DNA from: Candidatus Methylomirabilota bacterium
Lineage (GTDB): Bacteria > Methylomirabilota > Methylomirabilia > Rokubacteriales > DASRDR01
Assembly: GCA_036558225.1 (NCBI GenBank)
Contig: DATBGA010000085.1
Span: 6,526 to 70,525 of the forward strand
DNA length: 64,000 nt
Direction: 5' to 3'
This document shows, in pieces, positions 34,678 to 44,314 of the stretch; position 1 is the stretch's first letter; the number at the start of each line of letters is the position of its first letter. Under the pieces are notes generated by a model. The model made no database searches. It was not told the DNA's origin and saw nothing but the letters and a program-made list of their open reading frames with translations. Both the position numbers and the translations under genes were made by a program.

Positions 34678-35186
34678 TCGATGAGCGCGTCCGCCCGCGC
34701 GCGCACGGACTGAGGGATCGCGACGCCGACGGCCTTCGCGGTCTTGCGGTTGACGACGAAGTGGAACCGGCCGGCCTGCTCCACCGGGAGGTCTCCGGGG
34801 TTGGCGCCCAGCAGAATGCGCTGGACGATCTTGGCGGAGAGCCGGCCGATCGTGTCATAGCTCTCGCCATGGGCGGCCAGCGCCCCGTTGACGACGCTCC
34901 AGCGCTCCTGGAACATCGTCGGCAGGCGCTTCGACAGCGCGCTTTCGATGAGCCACTCCGTCCGGCTGGCTACCATCGCGTCCGCCACGTAGAACCGGGT
35001 ATCCACCTCTCCGGGCCGGAGGGCGCGCACACCAGCCCGCAGTCCGTCGACGGCCGTGGCGCACGCTCCCCCGCCCTGGATGAGGACACCCACGCGATAG
35101 GGGCGAGCCGGCTGCGCCTCGACCGCCGTCGGCCAGGTGACAAGCGCGAGCCCCCAGAGGCTCGCGAGCGCCAGCCGGATCGTCAT
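34674..35186 (-). CDS. half-size ABC_sub_bind-family binding protein (internal ~150-aa deletion relative to the paralog at 39982-40962)
   Basis: 170 aa. A signal peptide plus YRVGVL N-terminus is joined to the C-terminal lobe ...GANPGDLPVEQAGRFHFVVNRKTAKAVGVAIPQSVRARADALIE. Its stop overlaps the dppF-like ATG (ATGA). Confidence 0.55.
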   Translation of the reverse strand: MTIRLALASLWGLALVTWPTAVEAQPARPYRVGVLIQGGGACATAVDGLRAGVRALRPGEVDTRFYVADAMVASRTEWLIESALSKRLPTMFQERWSVVNGALAAHGESYDTIGRLSAKIVQRILLGANPGDLPVEQAGRFHFVVNRKTAKAVGVAIPQSVRARADALIE

Positions 35187-35239
35187 CGGCCCGGTCCCCG
35201 TGCCCGATCGCTCGATGGCCGGCCAGCTGGCGCGGCGGC

Positions 35240-36085
35240 TCACGCCGGCGCTCCGTCCCGCCACGCGGGGTCCCGCTGGAGGACCTCCAGCTCGGCGACC
35301 GGCCGGTCGACGCGGGGCAGCGAGCGAAGGAGGCCCTTGGTGTAGGGATGGCGCGCGGCCGCGAGCTCCTGGGCGCGGCACGTCTCGACGATCCGCCCCG
35401 CGTACATGATCAGCACGCGGTCGCAGAACGACGCCACCAGGTTGAGGTCGTGGCTGATGAAGACGAGCCCCATCCCGCGCTCGGTGACGAGGTCGTCGAG
35501 GATCGCGAGGACCTGCATCTGCACGGTGACGTCGAGCGCCGAGGTGGGCTCGTCGGCGATCAGGAGGTCCGGACCCGCGGCCAGCATCATGGCGATCATG
35601 ATCCGCTGGCCCATGCCGCCCGAGACCTCGTGCGGATAGGCGTCGTACACGCGCGCGGGATTCCGGATCCGCACCGCATCCAGCATCTCGAGGGCCCGCC
35701 GGCGGGCTTCCTTCCAGGACGAGCCCGAGTGCACCCGCCACGCCTCGGCGACCTGGTCGCCGACCGGCATCACGGGGTTCAGTGAGAACTTGGGGTCCTG
35801 GAGGACCATCGCGATCCGGTGGCCGCGGATGTCCCGCATCGCGGGCTCGCTCGCGGTCAGGAGGTCGATCCCCTCGAAGACGAGCCGGCGCGCGGTGACC
35901 TCGCCGGGCGGCGGAACCAGGCGCAGGATCGCGCGCCCGGTCATGGATTTCCCGGAGCCCGACTCCCCCACGATCCCGAGCTTCTCGCGCCCGACCTCGA
36001 AGGAGACGCCCCGGACGGCCTCGACGGTGGCGACCCGCCCTGGGAATCGGACCCAGAGATCTTCGACGGTGAGGATCGAGGTCAC
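35240..36085 (-). CDS. peptide/nickel ABC transporter ATP-binding protein (DppD/OppD-like)
   Basis: Walker A GESGSGKS, signature VSGGMGQR, Walker B LIADEPTSALD. Confidence 0.9.
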   Translation of the reverse strand: MTSILTVEDLWVRFPGRVATVEAVRGVSFEVGREKLGIVGESGSGKSMTGRAILRLVPPPGEVTARRLVFEGIDLLTASEPAMRDIRGHRIAMVLQDPKFSLNPVMPVGDQVAEAWRVHSGSSWKEARRRALEMLDAVRIRNPARVYDAYPHEVSGGMGQRIMIAMMLAAGPDLLIADEPTSALDVTVQMQVLAILDDLVTERGMGLVFISHDLNLVASFCDRVLIMYAGRIVETCRAQELAAARHPYTKGLLRSLPRVDRPVAELEVLQRDPAWRDGAPA

Positions 36086-36092
36086 GCCAGGA

Positions 36093-37016
36093 TCATCCGG
36101 TCTTGGGATCGAGGACGTCCCGCAGCCCGTCCCCCAGCAGGTTGAACCCGAGGCTCACCACGAGGATGGCGATCCCCGGCACCGTGGCCACCCACCACTG
36201 GTCGAGGAGAAAGCGCCGGCCCGAAGCGATCATGGCGCCCCACTCGGGAGCGGGCGGCTGGGCGCCGAGACCCAGGAAGCCGAGCCCGGCGGCGGTCAGG
36301 ATGATCCCCGCCATGTCGAGGCCGACACGGACGATCAGGGACGAGGTGCAGAGCGGGACCACGTGCCCGAGCACGATGCGCATTGGCCCGGCCCCCTGGA
36401 GCCGGATGGCCGAGATGAAGTCGCTCCGCCGGATCGTCAGCGTCTCCGCGCGCGCGACGCGGGCGTACGGCGGCCAGGCCGTGAACGCGATGGCGATGAC
36501 CGCGTTCTCGATGCCGGGCCCGAGGGCGGAGACGAAGGCCAGCGCGAGGATCAGCCGCGGAAAGGCGAGAAAGACATCGGTCACGCGCATGAGGGCCGTG
36601 TCGACCCATCCCCCCATGTACCCAGCCGCGGTGCCGATGAGGAGGCCCGTCGGGGCGACCATCACGACGACCAGCCCCACGATCACCAGCGTGATGCGCG
36701 ATCCGTAGAGCACGCGCGTGTAGATGTCCCGTCCCAGCTCGTCTGTGCCGAACCAGTACTGCGTGCTCGGCGGCCGGAGGCGCTGCCCGAGGTCCTGGGT
36801 CACCGGGGACTGGTGAGTGAGGTACGGGACGAACACGGCGACGAGCACGAGGGCCACCAGGATCGCGAGGCCGGCCATCGCGAGCGGGTTCCGCCGGAAC
36901 GCGAGCCAGCCGACGTACCCCTGGCCGAGGCGGGCCTGGGTGCGTGACGCCGGGGTTTCGGCGAGAAGCCAGGCCCGCCACTTCGGCAGCGCGGCGGCCT
37001 GGGCCGCGGTCGTCAT
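36093..37016 (-). CDS. ABC transporter permease (DppC/OppC-like)
   Basis: Start is MTTAAQ. BPD_transp_1 core with the N-terminal OppC-type extension (GTDELGRDIYTRVLYG). ATGA overlap with the upstream permease gene. Confidence 0.85.
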   Translation of the reverse strand: MTTAAQAAALPKWRAWLLAETPASRTQARLGQGYVGWLAFRRNPLAMAGLAILVALVLVAVFVPYLTHQSPVTQDLGQRLRPPSTQYWFGTDELGRDIYTRVLYGSRITLVIVGLVVVMVAPTGLLIGTAAGYMGGWVDTALMRVTDVFLAFPRLILALAFVSALGPGIENAVIAIAFTAWPPYARVARAETLTIRRSDFISAIRLQGAGPMRIVLGHVVPLCTSSLIVRVGLDMAGIILTAAGLGFLGLGAQPPAPEWGAMIASGRRFLLDQWWVATVPGIAILVVSLGFNLLGDGLRDVLDPKTG

Positions 37017-38080
37017 CGGGCGCGCGGATCCACGAGGCGGTAGAGGAGGTCGGAGAGGAGGTTGAGCCCGATGAACACCGTCCCCACCACGATCGTGCCC
37101 CCGAGCACCGCGTTCATGTCGGCGTTGAGCAGCGAGTTCGTGATGTACTGCCCGAGGCCCGGCCAGGCGAAGACCGTCTCGGTCAGCACCGACCCCTCCA
37201 GCAGGTTCGCGTAGGCGAGGGCGACGACCGTGATCAGCGGGACCAGCACGTTCCCGAAGGCGTGCCGCCAGACGACCCGACGCTCGGACAGCCCCTTGAT
37301 CCGGCCGGTGGTGACGTATTCTTGTCCGAGCTCCGTCAGCATGAAGCTGCGGGTCATCCGGGCGAGATAGGCGAGCGAGAAGTAGCCGAGGAGTGATGCC
37401 GGCAAGATGACGTGACGGAGGGCGTTCCCGAGCACCTCCCACTCGCCGGCCAGCGCGGCGTCGAGCATGATCACCCCGCTGACCGTCGGCACCAGGTCGT
37501 CGAACGCCACGTCGAGGCGTCCGGGCCCGGCCACCCAGTCGAGCCGCGCGTAGAAGACGAGCAGGCCCATGAGCCCGAGCCAGAAGACCGGGACCGAGTA
37601 GCCGAAGAGGCTCAGGACACGGATGGCCTGGTCGACCCACCCCCCGCGCCGCACGGCGGCGAACACCCCGAGGGGGATGCCGAGCACCGCGCCGATGAGC
37701 GTCGCCACCGTCGCCAGCTCGAGCGTGGCCGGGAACACCCGGCGGATGTCGGTGAGGACCGGATTGGAGGTCAGGACCGACCGTCCGAAGTCCCCCGCCA
37801 GCACCTTAAGGAGGTAGATCCAGAACTGCTGCCAGAGGGGGAGGTCGAGGCCGAGCTCGCGCTTGACCCGCTCGTACACCTCCACCGGCGCGCGGTCCCC
37901 CACCGCCGCCAGGACCGGATCGATCGGGACGACGCGCCCGATCAGGAACGTGACGAGCAGGAGACCGAGGAAGGTGAGCGCGACCGTCCCGGCGACCCGC
38001 GCCACTGGCCACAGGACGCGAACCGGGAGCGAGGTCGCCCTCGCTCCCGGCGGAAGCGTCCCGGCCGACGCGCCGGTCAC
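37013..38080 (-). CDS. ABC transporter permease (DppB/OppB-like)
   Basis: Typical DppB sequence (LGLDLPLWQQFWIYL, TTGRIKGLSERRVVWRHAFGN). Start may be GTG 38080 or GTG 38005 and is not resolved. Confidence 0.8.
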   Translation of the reverse strand: MTGASAGTLPPGARATSLPVRVLWPVARVAGTVALTFLGLLLVTFLIGRVVPIDPVLAAVGDRAPVEVYERVKRELGLDLPLWQQFWIYLLKVLAGDFGRSVLTSNPVLTDIRRVFPATLELATVATLIGAVLGIPLGVFAAVRRGGWVDQAIRVLSLFGYSVPVFWLGLMGLLVFYARLDWVAGPGRLDVAFDDLVPTVSGVIMLDAALAGEWEVLGNALRHVILPASLLGYFSLAYLARMTRSFMLTELGQEYVTTGRIKGLSERRVVWRHAFGNVLVPLITVVALAYANLLEGSVLTETVFAWPGLGQYITNSLLNADMNAVLGGTIVVGTVFIGLNLLSDLLYRLVDPRAR

Positions 38081-38106
38081 CGGTCGCCGGTCGTCCGCGA
38101 CGTCAG

Positions 38107-39684
38107 CTACTTCTTGATCCCGGCGTAGAGGTTGTTCTCGAAGCTCGGCCCGATGACGAAGCCGTCCACGTTCTTCCCGTGGGCCGCGACCTCGATCTCC
38201 TGGAACATGATGATGAAGGGCGAGACGCGCTGGTGCTCGCGCTGGATCGCCTCGTACATCGCCTGCCGCTTCTTGGCGTCCCGCTCCTTCACCGCCGCCG
38301 CCGTCTGCTTGGTCATGTCGGGGATGTCCCAGCTGTTGCGCCAGGCCAGCGTCTTCGACTTGGAGGCGTCCGTGTTGTCCACGTTCATCGCGAACGTCTC
38401 GGCGTTGCTGTGGGGGTCCTGGTAGTCCGGCCCCCACTGGAGAAGCATCACGTCGTGGTTCCGCGCCCGGTACTTCGTGATGACCTGCTTGCCGTCGCCC
38501 GGGAGCAGCTCGAGCTTGATCCCGGCCTTGGCCCAGCTCGCCTGGATCGCCTGGGCGATGTCGGTGTTCGGCGAGGTGTTGCGCACGTCCATCGTCACGC
38601 TGAAGCCGTCCGGCACACCGGCCTTGGCCAGGAGCGCCTTGGCCTTGGCGAGGTCGAACTTGTAGGGCTTGTCGTCGATGGCCCCCAGGAACCCCTTGGG
38701 CAGGAAGGACTGGTGGACGACGTAGCTCCCGCGCAGGATGTTCTCCTCGATGGAGGCATAATCGACCAGCCACTTCAGGGCTTCCCGCACCTCGGGCTTG
38801 GCGAGGTTGGGGTTCTTCTGGTTCATGCTGACGTACCAGATGGAGCCCTTCCGGGCCTGCTGGGTCACGATGTTGGCGTTGCCCTTGATGGCATCCAGCT
38901 GGTCCTTGGTCAGGTTGCGCGCGTAGTCGACGTCACCCTTCTCGAGGAGGAGCCGCTGGCTCGCCGGCTCGGCCACGTGGCGCACGACGACCCGGCGCGC
39001 GATAGCCTTCGCCCCCTGGTAGTTGTCGTTCCGCTCCAGCACGTAGGAGTCGTTGGCCTTCCAGCTGACCAGCTTGAACGGCCCGGAGCCCGCCGAGTTG
39101 GTCTTGAGCCACTCGTTCCCGAAGTCGCCGCTCTTCTCGTGGGCCTGGACGGTCTTCATGTCGACGATCCCACCGATGACCGCCGTCAAGCAGTAGTAGA
39201 AGAACGTGGGCGCCACCTGGTCGCCCGTCTCGATGACGAGCGTCTGGTCATCCGTCGCCCGGATCCTCTCCTTGGCGTTGTCCTTGCCGAGTCCGAACTG
39301 GGTCAGGATGAATCCGGGCGTCTTGTTCATGATGACGGCCCGCTGGAGCGAGTAGGCGGCATCGTGCGCCGTCACCGGGTTGCCCGACGCGAACTTGACG
39401 CCCTTCTTCATCTTGAAGGTGTAGGTCTTGCCGTCGGCGCCGAGCGACCAGCTCTCGGCCAGCTCGCCCTTGAGCTTCGAGACGTCCGCGAGGTCGTAGC
39501 TGATCAGACGCTCGTACATGTTGCCGACCACCTCGCTCCCCGAGAACTCGAACGACTCGGCGGGGTCCAGCGAGATGATGTCGTCGATCTGCTTGGCCAT
39601 GACGACCGTGTCCTTGGGCGTCGCCGCCAGGGCGGGACCGGCGATCAGGACCATCGCCGCGACGAGCCAGGTGATCCTCTTCAT
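38107..39684 (-). CDS. family-5 ABC transporter substrate-binding protein
   Basis: Start is MKRITWLVAAMVLIAGPALA (signal peptide), followed by an SBP_bac_5-like sequence. First gene of the dpp-like operon. Confidence 0.9.
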   Translation of the reverse strand: MKRITWLVAAMVLIAGPALAATPKDTVVMAKQIDDIISLDPAESFEFSGSEVVGNMYERLISYDLADVSKLKGELAESWSLGADGKTYTFKMKKGVKFASGNPVTAHDAAYSLQRAVIMNKTPGFILTQFGLGKDNAKERIRATDDQTLVIETGDQVAPTFFYYCLTAVIGGIVDMKTVQAHEKSGDFGNEWLKTNSAGSGPFKLVSWKANDSYVLERNDNYQGAKAIARRVVVRHVAEPASQRLLLEKGDVDYARNLTKDQLDAIKGNANIVTQQARKGSIWYVSMNQKNPNLAKPEVREALKWLVDYASIEENILRGSYVVHQSFLPKGFLGAIDDKPYKFDLAKAKALLAKAGVPDGFSVTMDVRNTSPNTDIAQAIQASWAKAGIKLELLPGDGKQVITKYRARNHDVMLLQWGPDYQDPHSNAETFAMNVDNTDASKSKTLAWRNSWDIPDMTKQTAAAVKERDAKKRQAMYEAIQREHQRVSPFIIMFQEIEVAAHGKNVDGFVIGPSFENNLYAGIKK

Positions 39685-39797
39685 GCACGACTCCTTTCGG
39701 TGTGGCGGCGGCTCCCGGGCGGCCAGGCGGGTGGCGCCGCAGGAATCCGGGCCGAGGCTGTTGACGCATGATCGGGGCGGCCCGCCCGGCCTGTCAA

Positions 39798-39823
39798 GCC
39801 GCGGCAGGGAGCCGCGGCAGGGA
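39798..39823. repeat. exact tandem duplication of a 13-mer (GCCGCGGCAGGGA x2)
   Basis: Read directly from the sequence. It lies upstream of the dpp-like operon, next to a CTTGACAG (-35-like) element on the minus strand. Confidence 0.8.
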
Positions 39824-39981
39824 GCGGACCGGTCCGGCGGCCGGCCCCGGGAGTCGGGCGCCGCCCGTCGCCTCCGGCGGGCCCTCGCCCGCATCCGGGA
39901 TCGCAGCGCGCCGCTCCGCCCGCCCGGCTCGCACGCGTCACCGTCGATTTCTCGCGCCGGTGGCCAGCCGAGGTCAGTCCA

Positions 39982-40962
39982 TCACTCGATGACGTGAGAC
40001 GCCTGTGCCCGCAGCGATGTCGGAATGGTGAGCCCAAGGGACGACGCGGTCCTCAGGTTGAGGACGAGCTCGAACTCGGTCGGCTGCTCGATCGCCAGGC
40101 TGCCGGGCTTGGTCCCTCGGAGAACCCGGTCCACGTACACGGTGGCCCGGCGGACGATGGCGTCGACGTCGGGGCCATAGCTCAAGAGAGCCCCGGCCTG
40201 AGCCCACGGACCCCAGCCCGACACGACCGGGAGCATCCGTCGGGCGGCGAGCTCCATGATTCGCTGACGGCCGAACGTCATCAGCCGGGAAGACACCACG
40301 ATGATCGCTTCCGCGCGTCCGGCATCCGCGGCCTGGAATGCTCCTTCTACATCAGCAAGCGCTCGGACCTCGAGCGATTGCACGTGTATGCCGAGCGTTC
40401 GCCCGGCGGCCTGGGTCTCGGCGTACTCCGGATCGACGTGCGTGGGATTCCAGAGCACGCCCACCCGTGAGATCCGGGGCGCCGCCTCCTTCAGGAACTG
40501 AAGCCGCTTCGCCGCCAGGTCGGACGACACGAACGTCACGCCGGTCACGTTTCCGCCCGGCCTCGCCAGGCTCGGCACGAGACCCGCTTGCACGGGATCC
40601 GTGCTGACCGCCATGACGATGGGAATCGTGTTGGTCGCGGTCCGGGCGAACGGGGCGACGTCGCCTCCCATGGCGAAGATCACGTCGGGCTTGAGCGCCG
40701 CGAGCTCCACCGCGAGCGCCGCGAGCCGCTCGGGATTGCCCTCCGCGTAGCGGTACACGGTCGTCAGGTTCTTTCCCTCGACGTAGCCAAGCTCGCTCAG
40801 GCCCTGGCGAAACGCCGCGAGGTTCGGATCTCTCTCGGGGGTGCTGAACAAGAGCACGCCCACACGCGCGATCTTCGGCGGCCGTTGCGCCTCGGCGGCG
40901 AGCAGTCCGGCAAGAAGCGGAATGACCGCGCCGACGATGACCCTGCTGGCCGGCAGTCTCAC
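39982..40962 (-). CDS. ABC_sub_bind family substrate-binding protein (full length, 326 aa)
   Basis: Signal peptide, then RVGVLLFS...GGNVTGV...the typical C-terminal ...EQPTEFELVLNLRTASSLGLTIPTSLRAQASHVIE. Confidence 0.8.
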   Translation of the reverse strand: MRLPASRVIVGAVIPLLAGLLAAEAQRPPKIARVGVLLFSTPERDPNLAAFRQGLSELGYVEGKNLTTVYRYAEGNPERLAALAVELAALKPDVIFAMGGDVAPFARTATNTIPIVMAVSTDPVQAGLVPSLARPGGNVTGVTFVSSDLAAKRLQFLKEAAPRISRVGVLWNPTHVDPEYAETQAAGRTLGIHVQSLEVRALADVEGAFQAADAGRAEAIIVVSSRLMTFGRQRIMELAARRMLPVVSGWGPWAQAGALLSYGPDVDAIVRRATVYVDRVLRGTKPGSLAIEQPTEFELVLNLRTASSLGLTIPTSLRAQASHVIE

Positions 40963-41112
40963 AACCGTCCCCGCTTGGCACCCAGTCTACTGCATTGCCC
41001 TGAGCCGAGGCAGGCCCGGCGTCGCGATCACGGTGGCCGGCGCCGGTCGTCCGCCCCACGCCCGAGACCGGCCGCCGCGGCGAGCTCCGAGGCCCGGCGG
41101 GCGGCGCGCGAA

Positions 41113-41988
41113 TTACCCCTTCACCGACCCCGCCGTCAGCCCCTGGACGAGATAGCGCTGGAAGACCAGGACCAGCAGCACCGCCGGCAGCGCCCCCAGG
41201 AACCCCGAGGCCGCGATGACCGAGTAGTCGATGTTGATCTGGGCGTTCATCGCGGCGATCACCGGGGGCAGCGTGGTCGTGCCGGGCTTCGTGTTCAGCA
41301 CCAGCGCCACCAGGAACTCGTTCCAGCACAGCATGAAGGTGAAGGCGCCGCCCGCCACGAGGCCCGGCCCGGACACCGGCAGGACGACCCGGTAGTAGGC
41401 CTGGAGGCGATTGCACCCGTCGACCAGGGCGCTCCGGTCCAGCTCCGGGGGGATCGTCTCGAAGTACGCCTTCATGATCCAGATGGTGAACGGGAGGGTG
41501 AAGGCGCAGTACGCGACGGTCAGCCCGGTGAGCGTGTTCTGGAGCCCGAGCGCGCGGAACATCAGGAAGAAGGCCGGGATCAGCACGATCGTGGGGAGCA
41601 TCCGGGTGAAGAGCAAGGCGTAGAGCGATACGCCCTTGAGCGGGAACCGGAAGCGGGCGTAGGCGTACCCGGCGGTCGTGCCGACCACGAGGTTCAGCGC
41701 GGTCACGAAGGACGCGACGATCAGCGTGTTCAGCATGGAGGGCAGGATCTTCGCGGCCTGCCCCTCCGCGTGGAAGCGCACCAGCCCGAGGACCATCCGG
41801 TAGTTGTCGAACGTCACTTCCGGCGGAACGAGGGAGAGCGGCCGCGCCAGCAGGTGCTTCTGGTACGAGATGCTCGTGACGAACAGCCACACGAAGGGCC
41901 CGATGAGCCAGAGCGTCACCGCGCCGACCAGGCCGTAGACGAGGAGGCGGCGCGCCAGTCCCCGCTCGCCGACGATCGACCCGCCCAT
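41113..41988 (-). CDS. carbohydrate ABC transporter permease (MalG-like)
   Basis: Start is MGGSIVG. EAA loop region DRSALVDGCNRLQAYYRVVLPVSGPGL. 1-nt TGATG overlap with the upstream gene. Confidence 0.85.
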   Translation of the reverse strand: MGGSIVGERGLARRLLVYGLVGAVTLWLIGPFVWLFVTSISYQKHLLARPLSLVPPEVTFDNYRMVLGLVRFHAEGQAAKILPSMLNTLIVASFVTALNLVVGTTAGYAYARFRFPLKGVSLYALLFTRMLPTIVLIPAFFLMFRALGLQNTLTGLTVAYCAFTLPFTIWIMKAYFETIPPELDRSALVDGCNRLQAYYRVVLPVSGPGLVAGGAFTFMLCWNEFLVALVLNTKPGTTTLPPVIAAMNAQINIDYSVIAASGFLGALPAVLLVLVFQRYLVQGLTAGSVKG

Positions 41989-42992
41989 CAGGCCTCCGCC
42001 TCGAACCGGCGCATCACCGCCCAGTGGTACACGAAGGTCAGGAGGAGGCACAGCGCCGTCAGCGTGTACAGGATCGCCGTGCCGGGGCCGAACTTGAAGA
42101 AGCTGAAGGCCGTCAGGAAGCCGAGCCACGAGATGGTCGTGGTGTCCTGGCCGGGGCCGCCCATCGTCAGGATGTAGATGAGGTCGAGCATCAGGAAGCC
42201 GTTCACAGTGCTCAGCACCAGGACCAGGAACAGGATGGGCTTGAGCGCCGGGAGCGTGACGTAGCGGAGCCGCCGCCAGTACCCCGCCCCGTCCACGGCC
42301 GCCGCCATGTAGTGCTCCTCGGGAATCGACTGCATGCCGGCCAGGAACAGGAGCGTCGCGAACGGCGCCTGGTTCCACATGTAGACCGAGACCAGCACGT
42401 TGAGCGCGCGGAACCCGTCCTTGAAGAAGGCGATGTACCCGTCGATCAGCCCCGCCCGGTGGAGGACACCGTTGAGCATCCCGAACTCGAAGTCCAGGAT
42501 CCCGATCCAGAGGAGCCCCACCACCACGCGGGAGAGCGACCAGGGGACGAGGAGGAGGCTCCGCATCAGGGGGCGCCCGGCGAAGCGCTCGTGGAGCACG
42601 AGCGCCATCCCGAGCCCCATCAGCGTGGCCTCGAGCACGAACGCCGCCACGAAGTAGAGGGTGCGCCAGAGCGAGCTCCAGTACACGGGGTCGGCGAACG
42701 TCCGCGCGTAGTTCTGGAGGCCCACGAACCGGAAGAGCGGCAGCTGCACGCCGAAGAGGTCGATGGCCGGCCCGGTGGCCCGGAGCAGGTTCACGTCGGC
42801 GAAGCTCATCCACAGGGAGTAGGCGAGCGGGAACACGATGACGAGGAAGATCGCGACGACCGCCGGCGCGATCAGCAGCCACGCGAACAGCGCCTCCGAG
42901 AGGGCGACCGGCCTGAAGGCGGATCGCGTCCGCCTCCGGCCGGCCCTCTCGATGCTGAGCGCACCAGGCGCCCCGGCTCCGTCGGCGCCCAT
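41988..42992 (-). CDS. carbohydrate ABC transporter permease (MalF-like)
   Basis: Start is MGADGAG. EAA loop AAAVDGAGYWRRLRYVTLPALKP. Confidence 0.85.
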   Translation of the reverse strand: MGADGAGAPGALSIERAGRRRTRSAFRPVALSEALFAWLLIAPAVVAIFLVIVFPLAYSLWMSFADVNLLRATGPAIDLFGVQLPLFRFVGLQNYARTFADPVYWSSLWRTLYFVAAFVLEATLMGLGMALVLHERFAGRPLMRSLLLVPWSLSRVVVGLLWIGILDFEFGMLNGVLHRAGLIDGYIAFFKDGFRALNVLVSVYMWNQAPFATLLFLAGMQSIPEEHYMAAAVDGAGYWRRLRYVTLPALKPILFLVLVLSTVNGFLMLDLIYILTMGGPGQDTTTISWLGFLTAFSFFKFGPGTAILYTLTALCLLLTFVYHWAVMRRFEAEA

Positions 42993-43018
42993 CACAAGCT
43001 CCTCGCCCGGCGGGCGTC

Positions 43019-44314
43019 CTAGGCGAGCGACTTCTGCAGCTTGGCCAGGTCCTTCAGGCCCTGCGGCACCGTCGTGGCGCCGCGAATGATGTTCTGCACG
43101 ATGGGGATGGCCTTGGTGTCGTACTCCCCGTACCACGGCTCCTTGTAGGCCGCGATGACCTTCCCCTTCGTGTACTGGGTCTTGAGGAGCTTCAGGTCGA
43201 TCCAGTTGTCGTAGGACTTCATGACCTCGGGGGTGTCGTACATCTCGGGGTACGGGTTGTCCAGGCCCGCGAGCAGGCACCACTGCCGCTGGACGTACCA
43301 GTCGCCGTTCAGGTTCCCGCCCAGGAACCGGGTGAGCTTCCAGGCCTCCTCCGGGTTCTTCGTCTTGGCGTTGATGGTGTACCCGTCCGTCCACATGTAG
43401 GACTGGCCGGTGCCCGGGTACATCGTCATCTTCGCCTTCTTGGGCGCGAGCTTCGAGTTCTCGGGCTCACCGGCGCTGGACTTGAGGTAGTAGGAGTGGG
43501 TCGTCGTGTACGCGTAGCGCCCGGTCCAGAACAGGCGGTGGGTCTCGGTCGACGAGGTCTTGGTGAGGACCTCGGGATTGACCAGCTCCGCCTTCCACGC
43601 CTTCTGCCAGCGCTCCATCGCGCGGGCGGCGCCGGGCTCCTGGTCGACGATCACCTGGTTCTTCGCGTCGAAGACGTTGGCCCCCTCGGAGAAGCAGTCG
43701 CTCATGAACTGCGGCATCGTCCCGGAGGGGCTGTTGTTCCAGTTCGGCAGGTAGGGCGTCTCGCTGACCTTGTCCCGCTTGAGCTTCATCGAGTGGTCCA
43801 TGAGCTCGTCCCAGCTCTTCGCGGGCGCCTTGATGCCGGCTTGCTGCAGCATCGGCTCGTTGTAGATCAGGATGAACAGGCTCGTGAAGTACGGCAGGGA
43901 CGAGAGCGAGCCGTCCTTGTTCTTGAGACTGTCGAGGTTCGCCGGCGTCATCTTCTTCTTGAGCTCGTCCACGCCGGGCAGGTCGTCGATCTTCCGCAGG
44001 AGGCCGTTCTCGTGCCAGCGCTCGCGGAAGTTGTGGGCGCAGTACATCACGTCCACCACCTCGCCGGCGAAGGCGCGGGTCTCCATCGTCGGATGGTACT
44101 GGGCCCAGGGGAGGGCCTCGTACTTCACCTGGCCGCCGTACTTCTTGTTGAAGTAGTCGACGTAGTCCTTGACGGTGTCCGGCTTGAACACCCACCCGCT
44201 GAAGTTGATAGGCTTGTCGGCGCGCGCGGCCCGGGCTCCGGCCGCGGCGAGCGCCGTCGAGGCTCCGAGCATGCCTGCACCCTTGAGGAAGGTCCGGCGA
44301 TTCAGTCGGCTCAT
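43019..44314 (-). CDS. extracellular sugar-binding protein with Tat signal
   Basis: MSRLNRRTFLKGAGMLGAS twin-arginine signal, followed by an SBP_bac_1-like sequence. Confidence 0.85.
   Translation of the reverse strand: MSRLNRRTFLKGAGMLGASTALAAAGARAARADKPINFSGWVFKPDTVKDYVDYFNKKYGGQVKYEALPWAQYHPTMETRAFAGEVVDVMYCAHNFRERWHENGLLRKIDDLPGVDELKKKMTPANLDSLKNKDGSLSSLPYFTSLFILIYNEPMLQQAGIKAPAKSWDELMDHSMKLKRDKVSETPYLPNWNNSPSGTMPQFMSDCFSEGANVFDAKNQVIVDQEPGAARAMERWQKAWKAELVNPEVLTKTSSTETHRLFWTGRYAYTTTHSYYLKSSAGEPENSKLAPKKAKMTMYPGTGQSYMWTDGYTINAKTKNPEEAWKLTRFLGGNLNGDWYVQRQWCLLAGLDNPYPEMYDTPEVMKSYDNWIDLKLLKTQYTKGKVIAAYKEPWYGEYDTKAIPIVQNIIRGATTVPQGLKDLAKLQKSLA

Noticed and set aside
38107-39684. Lower GC (about 60%) of the two ABC substrate-binding genes (38107-39684 and 43019-44314) as a sign of horizontal transfer.
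   Set aside because: Both encode Lys/Asn/Tyr/Asp-rich periplasmic proteins, and third-codon positions still look GC-biased. Both sit in intact operons with overlapping neighbours. Amino-acid usage explains the composition.
40971-40992. TGGCAC...TGCAT on the plus strand as a sigma-54 promoter.
   Set aside because: The GG-to-GC spacing is 3 nt too long, and there is no plus-strand gene downstream.
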